From Ranitomeya imitator (Eukaryota): a DNA stretch of 64,000 bases. The stretch is taken from NCBI RefSeq assembly GCF_032444005.1, contig NC_091289.1, forward strand, positions 57,722,001 to 57,786,000. The letters run 5' to 3'. This document shows positions 24,830 to 36,759 of the stretch, in pieces; the stretch's first letter is position 1; each line of letters begins with the position of its first letter. The position numbers were made by a program, and so were the translations under genes. A model generated the notes under the pieces. That model searched no databases. It saw only the letters and a program-made list of their open reading frames with translations, and was not told the DNA's origin.

Positions 24830-26932
24830 CCCCTTAATGACAGCCAATACCTCTTAACTGACCCGAGATATTTGAGAATAGCCTCCCCATACAGGTGACA
24901 ATCCAGCAGCTGTCGGCTGTCCACTATAGCTGACAAGTTTCTGCATCAGCCCCAAAAGTTGTTGTCCATTTTGTCCTGAGTACGCTGATACCCCATATGT
25001 GGGGGAACCACCGTTTGGGCGCATGGCAGAGCTCGGAAGGGAAGGAGCACCATTTGGAATGCAGACTTAGATGGAATGGTCTGCAGGCGTCACATTGCAT
25101 TTGCAGAGCCCTATGTACCTAAACAGTAGAAACCCCCCACAAGTGACCCCATATTGGAAACTAAACCCCCCAAGGAACTTATCTAGATGTGTTGTGAGAA
25201 CTTTGAACCCCCAAGTGTTTCACTACAGAGGCGTGAAAATAAAAAATAATTTTTTTTCCCATGAAAATGTTTTTTTTTAGCTTCCCAAATTTTTATTTTA
25301 CCAAGGGTAACAAGAGAAATTGGACGACAAAAGTTGTCCAATTTGTCCTGAGTACGCTGATACCCCATATGTTGGGGTAAACCCCTGTTTGGGCGCACGG
25401 GAGAGCTCAGAAGGGAAGGAGCACTGTTTTACTTTTTCAACGCAGAATTGGCTGGAATTGAGATCGGACGCCATGTCGTGTTTGGAGAGCCCCTGATGTG
25501 CCTAAACAGTGGAAACCCCCAATTCTAACTGAAACCCTAATCCAAACACACCCCTAATCCCAACCACACCCCTAACCCAAACTTGCCCCTAACCCCAACA
25601 CACCCCTAACCCTATTCCCAACTGTAAATGTAATCCAAGCCCCAACCCTAACCCCAACGGGAAAATGGAAATACATTTTTTTTTTATTTTATTATTTTTC
25701 TCTAACTAAGGAGGATATGAAGGAGGGTTTGATTTACTTTTATAGCAGGTTTTTTAGCGGATTTTTATGATTGGCAGCTGTCACACACTAAAAGACGCTT
25801 TTTATTGCAAAAAATAGTTTTTGCGTCTCCACATTTTGAGAGCTATAATTATTCAATATTTTGGTCCACAGAGTCATGTGAGGTCTTGTTTTTTGCAGGA
25901 CGAGTTGACATTTTTATTGGTACCATTTTGGGCACGTGACATTTTTGATCGCTTTTTATTCCGATTTTCGTGAGGCAGAATGATTTATAGAAAAAAATAT
26001 TTTTGCATCGCTTTATTCTCAGGACTATAACTTTTTAATTTTTTCGCTGATGACGCTGTATGGCGGCTCGTTTTTTGCGGGACAAGATGACGTTTTCAGC
26101 GGTACCATGGTTATTTATATCCGTCTTTTTGATCGCGTGTTATTCCACTTTTTGTTCGGCGGTAATAAAGCGTTTTTTGCCCTTTTTTTTTTTACAGTGA
26201 TCACTGAAGGGGTTAACTAGTGGGACAGTTTCATAGGTCGGGTCGTTACAGACGCGGCGATACTAAATATGTGTACTTTTATTGTTTTATTTATAGATAA
26301 AGAAAAAAATATATATATATTGTTCCCATAAATACATTTCTTTATTTAGGATTTTTTTTTTTTTTTTACATGTGTGAATATTTTTTTCTTACTTTATAAC
26401 ATTGCCCCAGGGAAGGGGCATCATATTATAGGGTCAGATCGCTTATCTGACACTTTCCAGAGCATTGTGTCAGATCAGCTGACAGGCAGTGCAGGGACAC
26501 TTGCAAGCGCTTGCTCTGAGCAGGTGCTTGCAAGCCACCTCCCTGCAGAACTCGGATGCAGCCCAACAGCCATATTGAATCCGGGCCTGCAGGGAGGAGG
26601 AGGTAGGAGACCCTCGGAGCAACGCGATCACATCCCGTTGCTCCGAAGGTCTCAGGGAAGCATGCTGGGAGCCCCCTCCCTGCGCGATGCTTCCCTATAC
26701 TGCCGAAACACTGCGATCATCTTTGATTACAGTGTGTCGGGGGTTAATGTGCCAGGAGCGGTCCGTGACCGCTCCTGGCACATAGTACCGGATCTCAGCT
26801 GCGATAGTCAGCTGACACCCGACCGCGCTCCCCCTGTGAGCGCAGCCGATCGCTTATGACGTACAATCCTGTCACTGGGAATTAAATCCCAGGTCACCTC
26901 GACGGGATAGTACGTCATATGGGATTAAGGGG
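24830..26932. mobile_element. Second piggyBac-type non-autonomous element (internally deleted, no nested LINEs)
   Basis: TTAA at 24826-24829 and 26933-26936; 9-bp TIR CCCCTTAAT; internal blocks match the 6255-18242 element. Confidence 0.88.
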
Positions 26933-26977
26933 TTAAACTCCATCCCTATCCAGCCGTGTATAACGCTATTCATTTAA

Positions 26978-27807
26978 AGGGAACCTGTCGACGCCAAAAT
27001 CGAAGATGAGCTAAGCCCACCAGCATCAGGGGCTTATCTTTGGCATTCTGTAATGCTGTAGATAAGCCCCCGATGTATCTTGAAAGATGAGAAAAAGAGG
27101 TTAGATTATACTCACCAAGGGGCGGTCCCGCTGCGGTCCGGGTCCGATGGGTGTCACGGTCCGGTCCGGGACCTCCCATCTTCTTGCGATTACGTCCTCT
27201 TCTTGCATTCACACCTCGGCTTCTGCGCAGGCATCCTTTGTTTGCCCTGTTGAGGGCAGAGCAAAGTACTGCAGTGCGTAGGCGCCGGGCATCTATGACC
27301 TTTCCCGACGCCTGTTCACTGCAGTACTTTGCTCTCCCCTCAACAGGGCAGGCAAAGTACTCCTGCGCCGGAGCGTGAATGCAAGAAGAGGACATCATCG
27401 TAAGAAGATGGGAGGCCACGGACCGGACCACTACGCCCATCGGACCCGGACCGCCCCTGGGTGAGTATAATCTAACCTCTTTTTCTCATCTTTCAGGATA
27501 CATCGGGGGCTTATCTACAGCATTAGAGGTGTGGCTTCAGTCACCACTCAGTACATAGTGAGCGACAGCTGTAACCATGCTCTGGCACTAATTGGAAACT
27601 GTCTTCACTAATGCACTTTTGAGCCAGCTGTTAGTGCCAGGGTGTGGTCACTGCACTGCTCACTATGTACCGAGCGGTGACTGAAGCCGAACCTCTATGA
27701 CTAAGCCAGGTGCTCCTGCGAGACTGCACGGCTTTAGAACGCTATTAACCTGCAGATTAACATCATATCTACAGGTTATTAGCGTTTTATGAATTGACAG
27801 GTTCTCT
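26978..27807. mobile_element. T2/Kolobok-type MITE with a long internal palindrome
   Basis: TTAA at 26974-26977 and 27808-27811; TIR AGGGAACCTGTC / GACAGGTTCTCT; inverted arms about 27047-27280 versus 27315-27526. Confidence 0.88.
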
Positions 27808-29009
27808 TTAATATAATAGCGTGCTGTCTGACAAATTAAGGATTACTATATTTGTATTCATGTTAGGAACATTTAAAGAAATTGTCCACTACTTGGACAA
27901 CGCCTTGTCATACCCCACACTTGGCCCCGATAAAATAAAAAAAATGGTTTTAAAAAATCATGGCAAAAAATGTGGCATACACTTTTTTCAAAACCACAAA
28001 CTTCTGTATACATAAACTTTATTGGCCCGATGCCAGAACCAAATGTAGTGTATACATAGATTAACCTGCAGTCATTATCCATTACATGGGATTTCCAGGC
28101 TGAGAATAGAAATCTGCAGTCACACACACCCAGAAAACACCTTTAATTTACTTGGGATATATTCTCATGTGAAAGATTTGTTGAGGAGATTTCTGTGACT
28201 GCCCTTTTCATCTAAATGGAACTTGCAGAAATTTAGCTTTAGAAAAACTCAATCTTGAGGTTTGAAATTGATTTTTCACTATCACTAATTTCTGCAATGA
28301 ATTTCCTGATTGTGAAGTTACTTCTCATGGAGTCACGCTAAAACAAGTTTATCTGGTATTTTCTTTGGCCTGTAAAAACAAACCATAATTTATATGGGTT
28401 TTCTACAAAGGTTTTTCTTAGCTTTTTTTTTTATACACATTGTTTTTGTTCTACATTTTTTTTCCTATGGGAAAATCTTTAAAAAAAAAAAAATACCACA
28501 GTAGAACATGTTGCATTTGAGGGAAAAAAACACAACAAGAACACAGAAAACACACCAAAAGTCTGAAAAAAAGGTTGCCAAACCCCCACTGTGTTTGTAC
28601 TATATTTCTTATTTTACTATTGACTAAAAAAAAAAAAAATGAAAAATGTACTGTATGTCTGCAAAAAATACAATCAGCAAAAACAAGGCCAGGTTTTTAC
28701 AGCCTAAACTCAAACTCGTCAGGTCCACAAATTGTCATTAGTAATTGGCTCTGTGTGTTCATGCACATAGTGGTGTCCTGTACGGTGGCAGTAGTTGGCT
28801 GCTATTGGTATGCACAAGCTTGCTCTCAAAAGAGACGTACATGCTACAATTTTTTTTTAATCGCACAAACACATGGTTTTGTGAAAAAGTTGTCATCTGA
28901 ACATCCCAATTGAATTACATTGGTCAGTGAGCTGTCCGATTAACAGACAGCACAGGTACAGAAAATATGCTCGGGATGAAAATAGTTAAATGTGCTTTAA
29001 GCAATTTAA

Positions 29010-29443
29010 AGAAGTTGTCCACTACTTGTCATACCCCTTGCTTGGCCCCGATAGAATAAAAAAGCCTACACTCCGCTCTCGTGCCATTCCCGTGGTGTTG
29101 ATAGTCGCTTTCCCCGAGGATCCAGTCTGGTTGTTATGACACGTGAAGCTGATGCCCAATCAGCGCTGGCGTCACTGGCTCCGCCTTTGGACAAATTGAA
29201 CATGAAGAGGAAGTCCAGGCTGCAGCTGATCCCTGACTTCCTCTTTATGCTCGATTTGTCCAAAGGCGGAGCCAGTGACGCCAGCGCTGATTGGATGCTG
29301 GGTTCACGTCATAGCAACTGCACAAGAGCCCTGGGAGAGCGCCTGCCGACACTGCGGTAACGGCACTGCTACGGCAGGTTTTTTTATTTTATCGAGGCCA
29401 AGCGAGAGTTATGAGAATTCGTTCCTAGTAGTGGACAAGCTCT
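29010..29443. mobile_element. T2/Kolobok-type hairpin MITE
   Basis: TTAA|AGAAGTTGTCCACTACT ... AGTAGTGGACAAGCTCT|GTAA; central palindrome 29156-29295; a partial copy starts near 27876. Confidence 0.75.
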
Positions 29444-29819
29444 GTAAGAGCATCTTAGTTTGGTACATAATCTCTTCCCATCATCGCTTTAAGTAAAAGT
29501 ACTGCAGAAATGCCATATACATTCCTCAACACCGAAATGGCAACACGAATGAAAAGTCGTGGAAATATGGAAATCACTTTATGGATAGACATGTTAATTA
29601 TGTGTAAGTGATGAAAGAATGGAAAAATTTTTTTAAACATCTAAATGATTTTTTTTTTCAGTATCGAGTATGAGCACCATGCAAATAAATCCCTGCACGT
29701 ATTCGCCTTGGCTGTTATCAGTTGGATCAGTAATGGTATCAGGAATGCTGTCACACTGAATGAACTTAGGCACAGAAATCAGCAAGATCCAGCACTGGCA
29801 GCTCTCTTTGCATTGGCTA

Positions 29820-30030
29820 ACCAATGATGTCCCAGATGTACTCAATGGGAGACGAGTCCGGAGATGCTCCAGGGCATGGCAGCACATTTAGGCCATCCTG
29901 GCTGAATACAGAAGCCCGGGCACCATGCGCCCTGGCATTGCAGTATTGAAAAACGGCTCCTGGGACACTTTGGAAAAATGGCCTTACCACTGGTTTCACA
30001 ACCATCTCAATGTAACACTGAGCTGGAATG
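29820..30030 (-). pseudogene. Tc1 transposase fragment
   Basis: Minus ORF VFQYCNARAH...GASPDSSPIEYIWDIIG is a decayed FQQDNARPH / SPDLSPIEH-W. Confidence 0.7.
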
Positions 30031-30465
30031 AAGGCTAGAGGGATCCCGCCACCTTACTTTAGGCCACCTATTTTTTTCTGTGATGTATCTACACAAGTAT
30101 ACCTCATATCATAAATGCATACCAGTGAGACAGGGGCCAAAAAAAACACACTTTTGACCTCCTCCTGGTATTTTGGAGGCCTATGGGAACATTAAATTAG
30201 TAAATTATATGTCCTGAAAAGCTTTAGAAGAATACTTCAGGCTAAAAGCACAGGCGCAGTTCTGCACTTACACAGAAACTATGCAATGTCAATCTGCAAT
30301 TAAAACCAAAATAAATGAACTGGAGTATAAGTTGGTATACATGAAACATGGAGGAAACTTTTTTGGAGGGAATTGGGTCAGGAAAGATGAACTTTATACA
30401 TAGCATCTTCATTTGGAAAAAAAAAATCATACACAAACACATTTTTTAAATTAAGCAAATAGGAA

Positions 30466-31000
30466 TACCACATCAAAACTCTGTTATGGGCAGCCCAATC
30501 TCCAGACCTGAACCCCATTGAAAACCTCTGGAATGTAATCAAGAGGAAGATGGATAGTCACAAGCCATGAAACCAAGAATAACTGCTTACATTTTTGTAC
30601 CAGGAGTGGCATAAGGTCCCCAAAAGCAGTGTGAAAGACTGGTGGAAAGCATGCCAAGACGCATGAAAGCTGGGATTAAAAATCATGGTTATTCCACAAA
30701 ATATTGATTTCTGAACTCTTCCAGATTTAAAAACATTAGTATTGTTGTTTCTAAATGATTATGAACTTGTTGTTTCTTTTGCATTATTTGCAGCCTGCAA
30801 GCAATGCATTTTTTTGTTATTTTGACTATTTCTCATTTTCAGAAAATAAATACAAAGTTTATTGCTTGGAACTTCGGAGACATGTCCGTAGTTTATAGAA
30901 TAAAAGAACAATTTACATTTTACTCAAAAGTATACCTATAAAGAGAAAAATCAGACAAACTGAACATTTTGCAGTGGTCTCTTAATTTTTGCCAGAGCTG
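30466..31000 (+). mobile_element. Tc1 3'-end fragment, same family as 23655-24190 and inverted relative to it
   Basis: GCAGCCCAATCTCCAGACCTGAACCCCATTGAAAAC (QSPDLNPIEN) through to TIR ...TTTTGCCAGAGCTG|TA. Confidence 0.88.
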
Positions 31001-32663
31001 TAGTATATGCTACAATCACATGATTTTAAAGACTTAGAAAAAAAATGCATTAAATACATGTTGCATTAGTGACGGCAGTTTTTCTGCAAGCATCTGCCCT
31101 TAGCTTGGACTCATTCAGGAAAGGATTATACAGTTAAGAAGGTCACCTACCATTTAAGATCTTTATTAATCATGTGACTAATATGCGTCGAGCTTCACTA
31201 TGGCATTGTGGGCACTGTAGTTCTCAATTGCCTGAAAGAAGCTTTAATCCTAAAGATCATGTAAAAAAAAAATTTAACACAAAAACACACAAACACTAAA
31301 CAATTACAATAGATAAATCCTTTATTAAAACGGAGTGACAACCATTAGACATATGGGGATGTAGGGAGTGGTATAGAGCTAAGTTGGGGATTTTTCATGG
31401 CTATCAATCTGGGGATATCACAAGCCACAAAAACAAATACCATCCCCTTTATTAAAAAGGCACAACATCAGTGTAGTCAGTCTTCCAAGAGAAAAGCAAT
31501 TAAGACATCTTATTCCTAATCCAGTGCAATCTTGGAAGGTGAAGACAAGAACGAGGAAGACAATTAGTTTCCTTGCAGTTTCACAAGAGACCACATAAAA
31601 AAAAAACAAAAAAAAACTTCCATTACAAAGTTTGTAAAACAATAAAAAAAAATCATGATGTACAACAGATGGCCAAGAAGTAGCTTCACTAGTCTCGCAC
31701 CTTCTCGCCTGTCACTTCAGATCTAGTAAGGAAGCCCAGAAATTCAGCCACTTTATTTACAAGCACCATCTCAATCCTGCTAATCTAACAAAAAAGTAAA
31801 AAAAAAAAAGTTTAAAACCTAAAAGGTAACACCTTTGTGTGGAACAAGAAAGTTGTAAGAGACCAAGTATAGTAGTTCTGGGTTCCCGTGTTTGGATTTT
31901 GCTGCGCGTCTGTCCAGTAAATGCAGTTTATCATTAGGACAATCTGTAAAATAGAAAAATTAAAGCACATCCTTCTCTGTAATAAACATGCTAATCTAGT
32001 AGGGTCATCCTCCAGAAGCAAAAGTATAAAAAAAGCCGCAAGTCTAAAATCAAAATCCTAACAAGGGTTTTAAATAATGACAGAATAATTGTCTCTGACG
32101 TTCAGTAAAGTACACAGCAACACGCCTTTCATCCATCAATATTCGGCATTACCGTCATTTATAATACAGCATTAGTTTTATATTTCTGCGATTTAAACAG
32201 GAGTTGAGTATTGGACACCAGATCAATGGAATTAACTGTAAACAGCTGCATTTAGAGTTATGAGGGTTCTGTGCGGTATTATTGGGAGTTTTAAATAAAA
32301 TAAAAAAAAATCTTTAAACCAAATTACATTAAGTTACTCAAATGGTAGTTTCTAGTCTAAAGCAAATTATTGAAAAGTTTACGCACACATCGGTTTTGTG
32401 GCTTGGTTTCCAGAACATCACACATGCTATGGATAGGATGTTTTTATGGCATTATTTTTTTCCATAGGCCTCTCTTTAAGCGTTTAAAAAAAAAATGCAA
32501 AAGTTTTAAAAAAGGTTACAAAATAAAATCCCACACAAAAACACTAAAACCGTTTATTATATATGGCGGTGCTTATAACCATTTAAAAATGATGAAGGAG
32601 CGCTTGAATAGGAATATCGCTGACGGCTCTGCCAGTCTCTCGAATATTCGCTGTATAGGTTAA

Positions 32664-32952
32664 AGGGGTTTTCCGAGGCTTAACCGTTGTTACACTACCT
32701 TTTGGACAGGTCATCAATACGACATTGTTAGCGGTCCGACACTTCCCGCAATCAGATGGAGTGAGTGGGACATAAAGCACTGTACTCGGCACTGGCTGCT
32801 GCGTTCCACCCCGTACATTGCTTCTATCCAAGCACTGCCTGAGCAGATGTCAGCTGATCGATGGCAGTGCTAGGTTTCGGACCCCACCAATCTCATATTG
32901 ATGGCCCATTCTGTGGATATATCAGCAGTTGTTACATCCTGGACAGTCCTTT
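32664..32952. mobile_element. Degenerate T2/Kolobok-type MITE
   Basis: TTAA|AGGGGTTTTCC left end, GGACAGTCCTTT|TTAA right end. Confidence 0.5.
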
Positions 32953-33085
32953 TTAAAAGTCCATTATGTGGTCCAGTGTTGTAAAAGAATATTCAAAATA
33001 ATCAGATAGATTCAGGACTCCAGCTGTTGTGAAACTACAACTCCCAGCATTCCATGTTGGATGCTGAGGCTTCATAACTAGTGAT

Positions 33086-34042
33086 GAGCGAGCGTGCTAG
33101 GAGAAAGTGTTATCCAACTACACTTGTGCGCTAGGATAAAGTGTTATCCGACTACTCGTGCGCTAGGATAAAGTGTTATCAGACTACACTCGTGTGCTAG
33201 GATAAAGTGTTATCCGACCACACTCGTGCGCTAGGATAAAGTGTTATCAGACTACACTCGTGTGCTAGGATAAAGTGTTATCCGACTACACTCATGCGCT
33301 AGGATAAAGTGTTATCCGACTACGCTCATGCGCTAGGATAAAGTGTTATCCAACTACACTCGTGTGCTAGGATAAAGTGTTATCCAACTACACTCGTGCA
33401 CTACGATAAAGTGTTATCCGACTACGCTCGTGCACTACGATAAAGTGTTATCCGACTACACTCGTGCGCTAGGATAAAGTGTTATCCGACTACACTTGTG
33501 CACTAGGATAAAGTGTTATCCGACTACACTCGTGCACTAGCATAAAGTGTTATCCGACTACATCGTGCGCTAGGATAAAGTGTTATCCGACCACACTCGT
33601 GTGCTAGGATAAAGTGTTATCCGACTACACTCGTGCACTAGGATAAAGTGTTATCCGACTACATCGTGCGCTAGGATAAAGTGTTATCCGACCACACTCG
33701 TGTGCTAGGATAAAGTGTTATCCGACTACACTCGTGCGCTAGATAAAGTGTTATCCGACTACGCTCGTGCACTACGATAAAGTGTTATCCGACTACACTC
33801 GTGCGCTAGGATAAAGTGTTATCCGACCACACTCGTGTGCTAGGATAAAGTGTTATCCGACTACACTTGTGCGCTAGGATAAAGTGTTATCCGACTACGC
33901 CCGTGCGCTAGGATAAAGTGTTATCCGACCACACTCGTGTGCTAGGATAAAGTGTTATCCGACTACACTCGTGCACTAGGATAAAGTGTTATCCGACTAC
34001 GCCCGTGCGCTAGGATAAAGTGTTATCCGACTACACTCGTGC
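33086..34042. repeat. Minisatellite of about 28 copies of a 34-bp unit GCTAGGATAAAGTGTTATCCGACTACACTCGTGC
   Basis: Directly visible head-to-tail repeats; each has the dyad GGATAA-AGTG-TTATCC; preceded by TAGTGATGAGCGAG. Confidence 0.97.
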
Positions 34043-34611
34043 ATTGGTCAGTTAAGGTATTCCATTGTGAAAAGGGGGTATTGCAATATTACGATGTGTG
34101 TAGTACGGGCACATTCTCAATGCCTGACATTAAGAGGTTTATCCAGCACAAAAAAAAAAAACCTATAGTCCCCAGCATTAGAGTGCTGACGCTGCAGAGG
34201 TGCCCCTGGCCTTAGTTTACTTGTGGCTGGCACATGGCAAGTGAAGCCGATCACTGGCCACATCAGTCACGTACAATGGCGTCATGTCCGCTATCATTGA
34301 TTACAAGTGGCTGGCACAGACTGCCCACCAGTTACCAAAGATATAGGGGCCACTAGGGCATCATCTCTACATCTTGTGGGAAAAGAGGAGGTAAATTGTG
34401 TTTTTTTTTGTTCCATCAGTTATTGAGAAAGCTGGCTAGCCTATTGAACTGGTTACGATACAAAGTGGTCTATGAGAGAGGCTGGAGAATGAAAGCCGAG
34501 GTCTGACAGCCGCCAAGGAGCGAGCTGATGCCATCTCTTCCGCACTATATACACGTGCTTCATATCTAGGCCTAGTGAAGCCATAAGTCGCAGATCATGC
34601 AGGATGAGGCC

Positions 34612-35934
34612 ATTATACAAGGTACAGACATTTAATATATTGCAGTGCTATCCATATTCATTTACTAGGGACAATAAAAGGCACAAAGTATCGGGAGTGG
34701 CTGAGGTGAACCGATGAGATCACATTACACGTTGGCCAGCATTAAGTGGTTGTCCACCTTTTTGGAATTTTTTTTTTTTTGCAACTGAAATGCGTGGTGT
34801 AAAACAAAATTACTTTTTACACAGGATATGTTTGCAATGAGCGCCTCTCTTGTGCTGTGTATTGCTGGCTGCAGAATGAATTGATGGAGAATCCGTCAGT
34901 GAGTCACCATGAGGTTGGACAGGAGGTTGCAGCTTTTATCTGTCTTTTTTTTTTTCCTTATCTCCTCTCATATGATTTATGACCATAGACCACATCAAAA
35001 AATTGAACAAAGGGCCTCTAAAAGCAAAAAACTATGCAACATTTTAATGAAATCCAATTGCAAAAATTGTTTTTTTTTAGCCCTAAATACATGCATTTAT
35101 GCAAAAAAAAAAAAAAAAAGTCCCCAAAATATTGTCAACCACTTTAACTAAACTGAACCACACGTGAATAATCTTACAAAAAATAAGATACAGAGCAAAA
35201 AACTGTTTGAAGAAGAGTGGATTATTTAATGCTAACTGCATATGTGCTTTTCTATAGTTGTGGGCGTCCACAGTACTCAATCATGTGTCAAATCTTCACG
35301 TTGCTCCACGTATCTAGCACTCAATTTCGCCTTTCAAAATCATCATACAGTGTTCACTAAAACGAACGAGTATAAATCCACACACACTGGGGGCACTACT
35401 GCACCCAGCATTCATACATTGCCCCCAACCTTACAATGCACATCTGTACAAAGATATTTCCTATATAATTAAAACAAGGGCATATACACATAATTATTCT
35501 CTTAGTCCCTGTGATGTAAAACCGTTGTCTGCTGGGTACGGACCTGCTCGCTTCCTAGCAGTGTTCACATTTAGTGCACTTACTGTATAACCGGTCATGC
35601 CCCCCTCCCCGCACGCTCCCTGCTCGCTTATCCACCTAGGTGGACTCTACATACAGTCGCTTCCCATACGTAACAGTAATAGGTAGGATATGTTACAATG
35701 CTCCAGACCTGTGGACACCTCAATTTGAGCTATATGACCTTGTACCACTGTCTAGAAGGTTGGAAGGAATCCCCATTTCTAATAACATATTAACAATATT
35801 AATAACAAGTTGTATAAAATTCTGTGATTCACATATAAAACGGAGCAGTTTTGTGGCGAAAGGTGGAGACTCGGTGATGTCACTTGTCGGCGTGAGCGAT
35901 ATCCATCTCCGTGATTAAAAGTCAGTGCATTAAC
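34612..35934 (-). other. triobp: Putative non-coding last exon (3' UTR) of triobp
   Basis: Strong acceptor TTTTTGTATTCTTTCTGCAG|G at 35935/35934 following the stop-containing exon. The 3' end is only inferred from ATTAAA at 34636-34631 (alternative at 35230-35225). Confidence 0.55.
34746..35141. mobile_element. Degenerate T2/Kolobok-type MITE in the putative triobp 3' UTR
   Basis: TTAAGTGGTTGTCC left and GTCAACCACTTTAA right. Confidence 0.5.
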
Positions 35935-36269
35935 CTGCAGAAAGAATACAAAAAGTTATTGGTATAGTTAAAATAAAAGTAATATATGCTGTATGTATAT
36001 CAGGGTATAGGAGGAGGAGGAGGACGCAGTGGCACGGCACACAGACAAGAACATCACGGAGTAGGCCATGTCTACATGTGCAGTAGGTTAGCTAAGATAG
36101 CCAACACCGAATGTATCCACAGGTCTCCATTGAGACAACAGATGCAAAAATAAAATAAGCGTCCTTGGAGAATCTACAGTGGCATACATGATGTGGACGC
36201 CTAGGCACGGGGTGGGTGCATTGTCCATTTATCAGATTACATGACAGTAGACGTGCAGATCTCTCACCG

Positions 36270-36431
36270 TTACTCTCCGACGCTGTTGCGCATTGCAGCC
36301 TCTTCTCGCAGAGCGGCCATGGCAAGTCGCAAGTGTTCTTTCAGCTGGTCAATCTCGCGTTCTGACCGAGATTTGATGTTATTAAGTTCTACATAAATAT
36401 CTTTGTATTTTTCTGATGCGTATCTCTTATC
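36270..36431 (-). CDS. triobp: TRIO and F-actin binding protein, last coding exon ([16 protein letters not shown]...[22 protein letters not shown])
   Basis: Acceptor TTCTAG|GAT; TAA at 36272-36270, then CG|GTGAGA donor; matches the recalled TRIOBP C-terminus ([28 protein letters not shown]). Confidence 0.95.
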   Translation of the reverse strand, partial: DKRYASEKYKDIYVELNNIKSRSEREIDQLKEHLRLAMAALREEAAMRNSVGE

Positions 36432-36759
36432 CTAGAAGGGAAGAAAAATAGATTTTTGGGGACACATACTACTTCTATGATAAATTTTGCCCAAAACAGA
36501 AAATTAGAAAGTACGGCAATATCCAGAGTGTGACAGCTATGCTTTACATACAGAGATACTAACCATTTGTGTAACAGAGCAGCCACAATGATAACAACCT
36601 TAGCATTAAAACGGTGTGGCCAAAGTGTGGTGCACCGTTACACCTCCTTATTAACATATTGGGGTCCTTCCTCTGCTTCTGATCAACTGTGCTCGCTTCC
36701 CAGAGATTTTACTGCAAGTACAAAACTCCACTGTTCTTGTTAATATCGGGAGACAAGCA

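Noticed and set aside
28130-28920. Exon-like stretches (28370 minus, 28700-28850 plus)
   Set aside because: Stops follow the candidate acceptors or no donor is present; no recognisable protein.
29490-29827. Two-exon plus-strand gene with GTAAGT/TTTCAG splice sites
   Set aside because: The implied intron (29604-29661) is only 58 nt, short for a vertebrate, and the peptide is unrecognisable.
1-34000. H1-0 or GCAT, the genes downstream of TRIOBP in mammals
   Set aside because: No lysine-rich histone ORF or GCAT-like peptide is visible in this window.
33086-34042. CRISPR array (palindromic repeats of about 34-bp period)
   Set aside because: No unique spacers, no cas genes, vertebrate context; it is a head-to-tail minisatellite.
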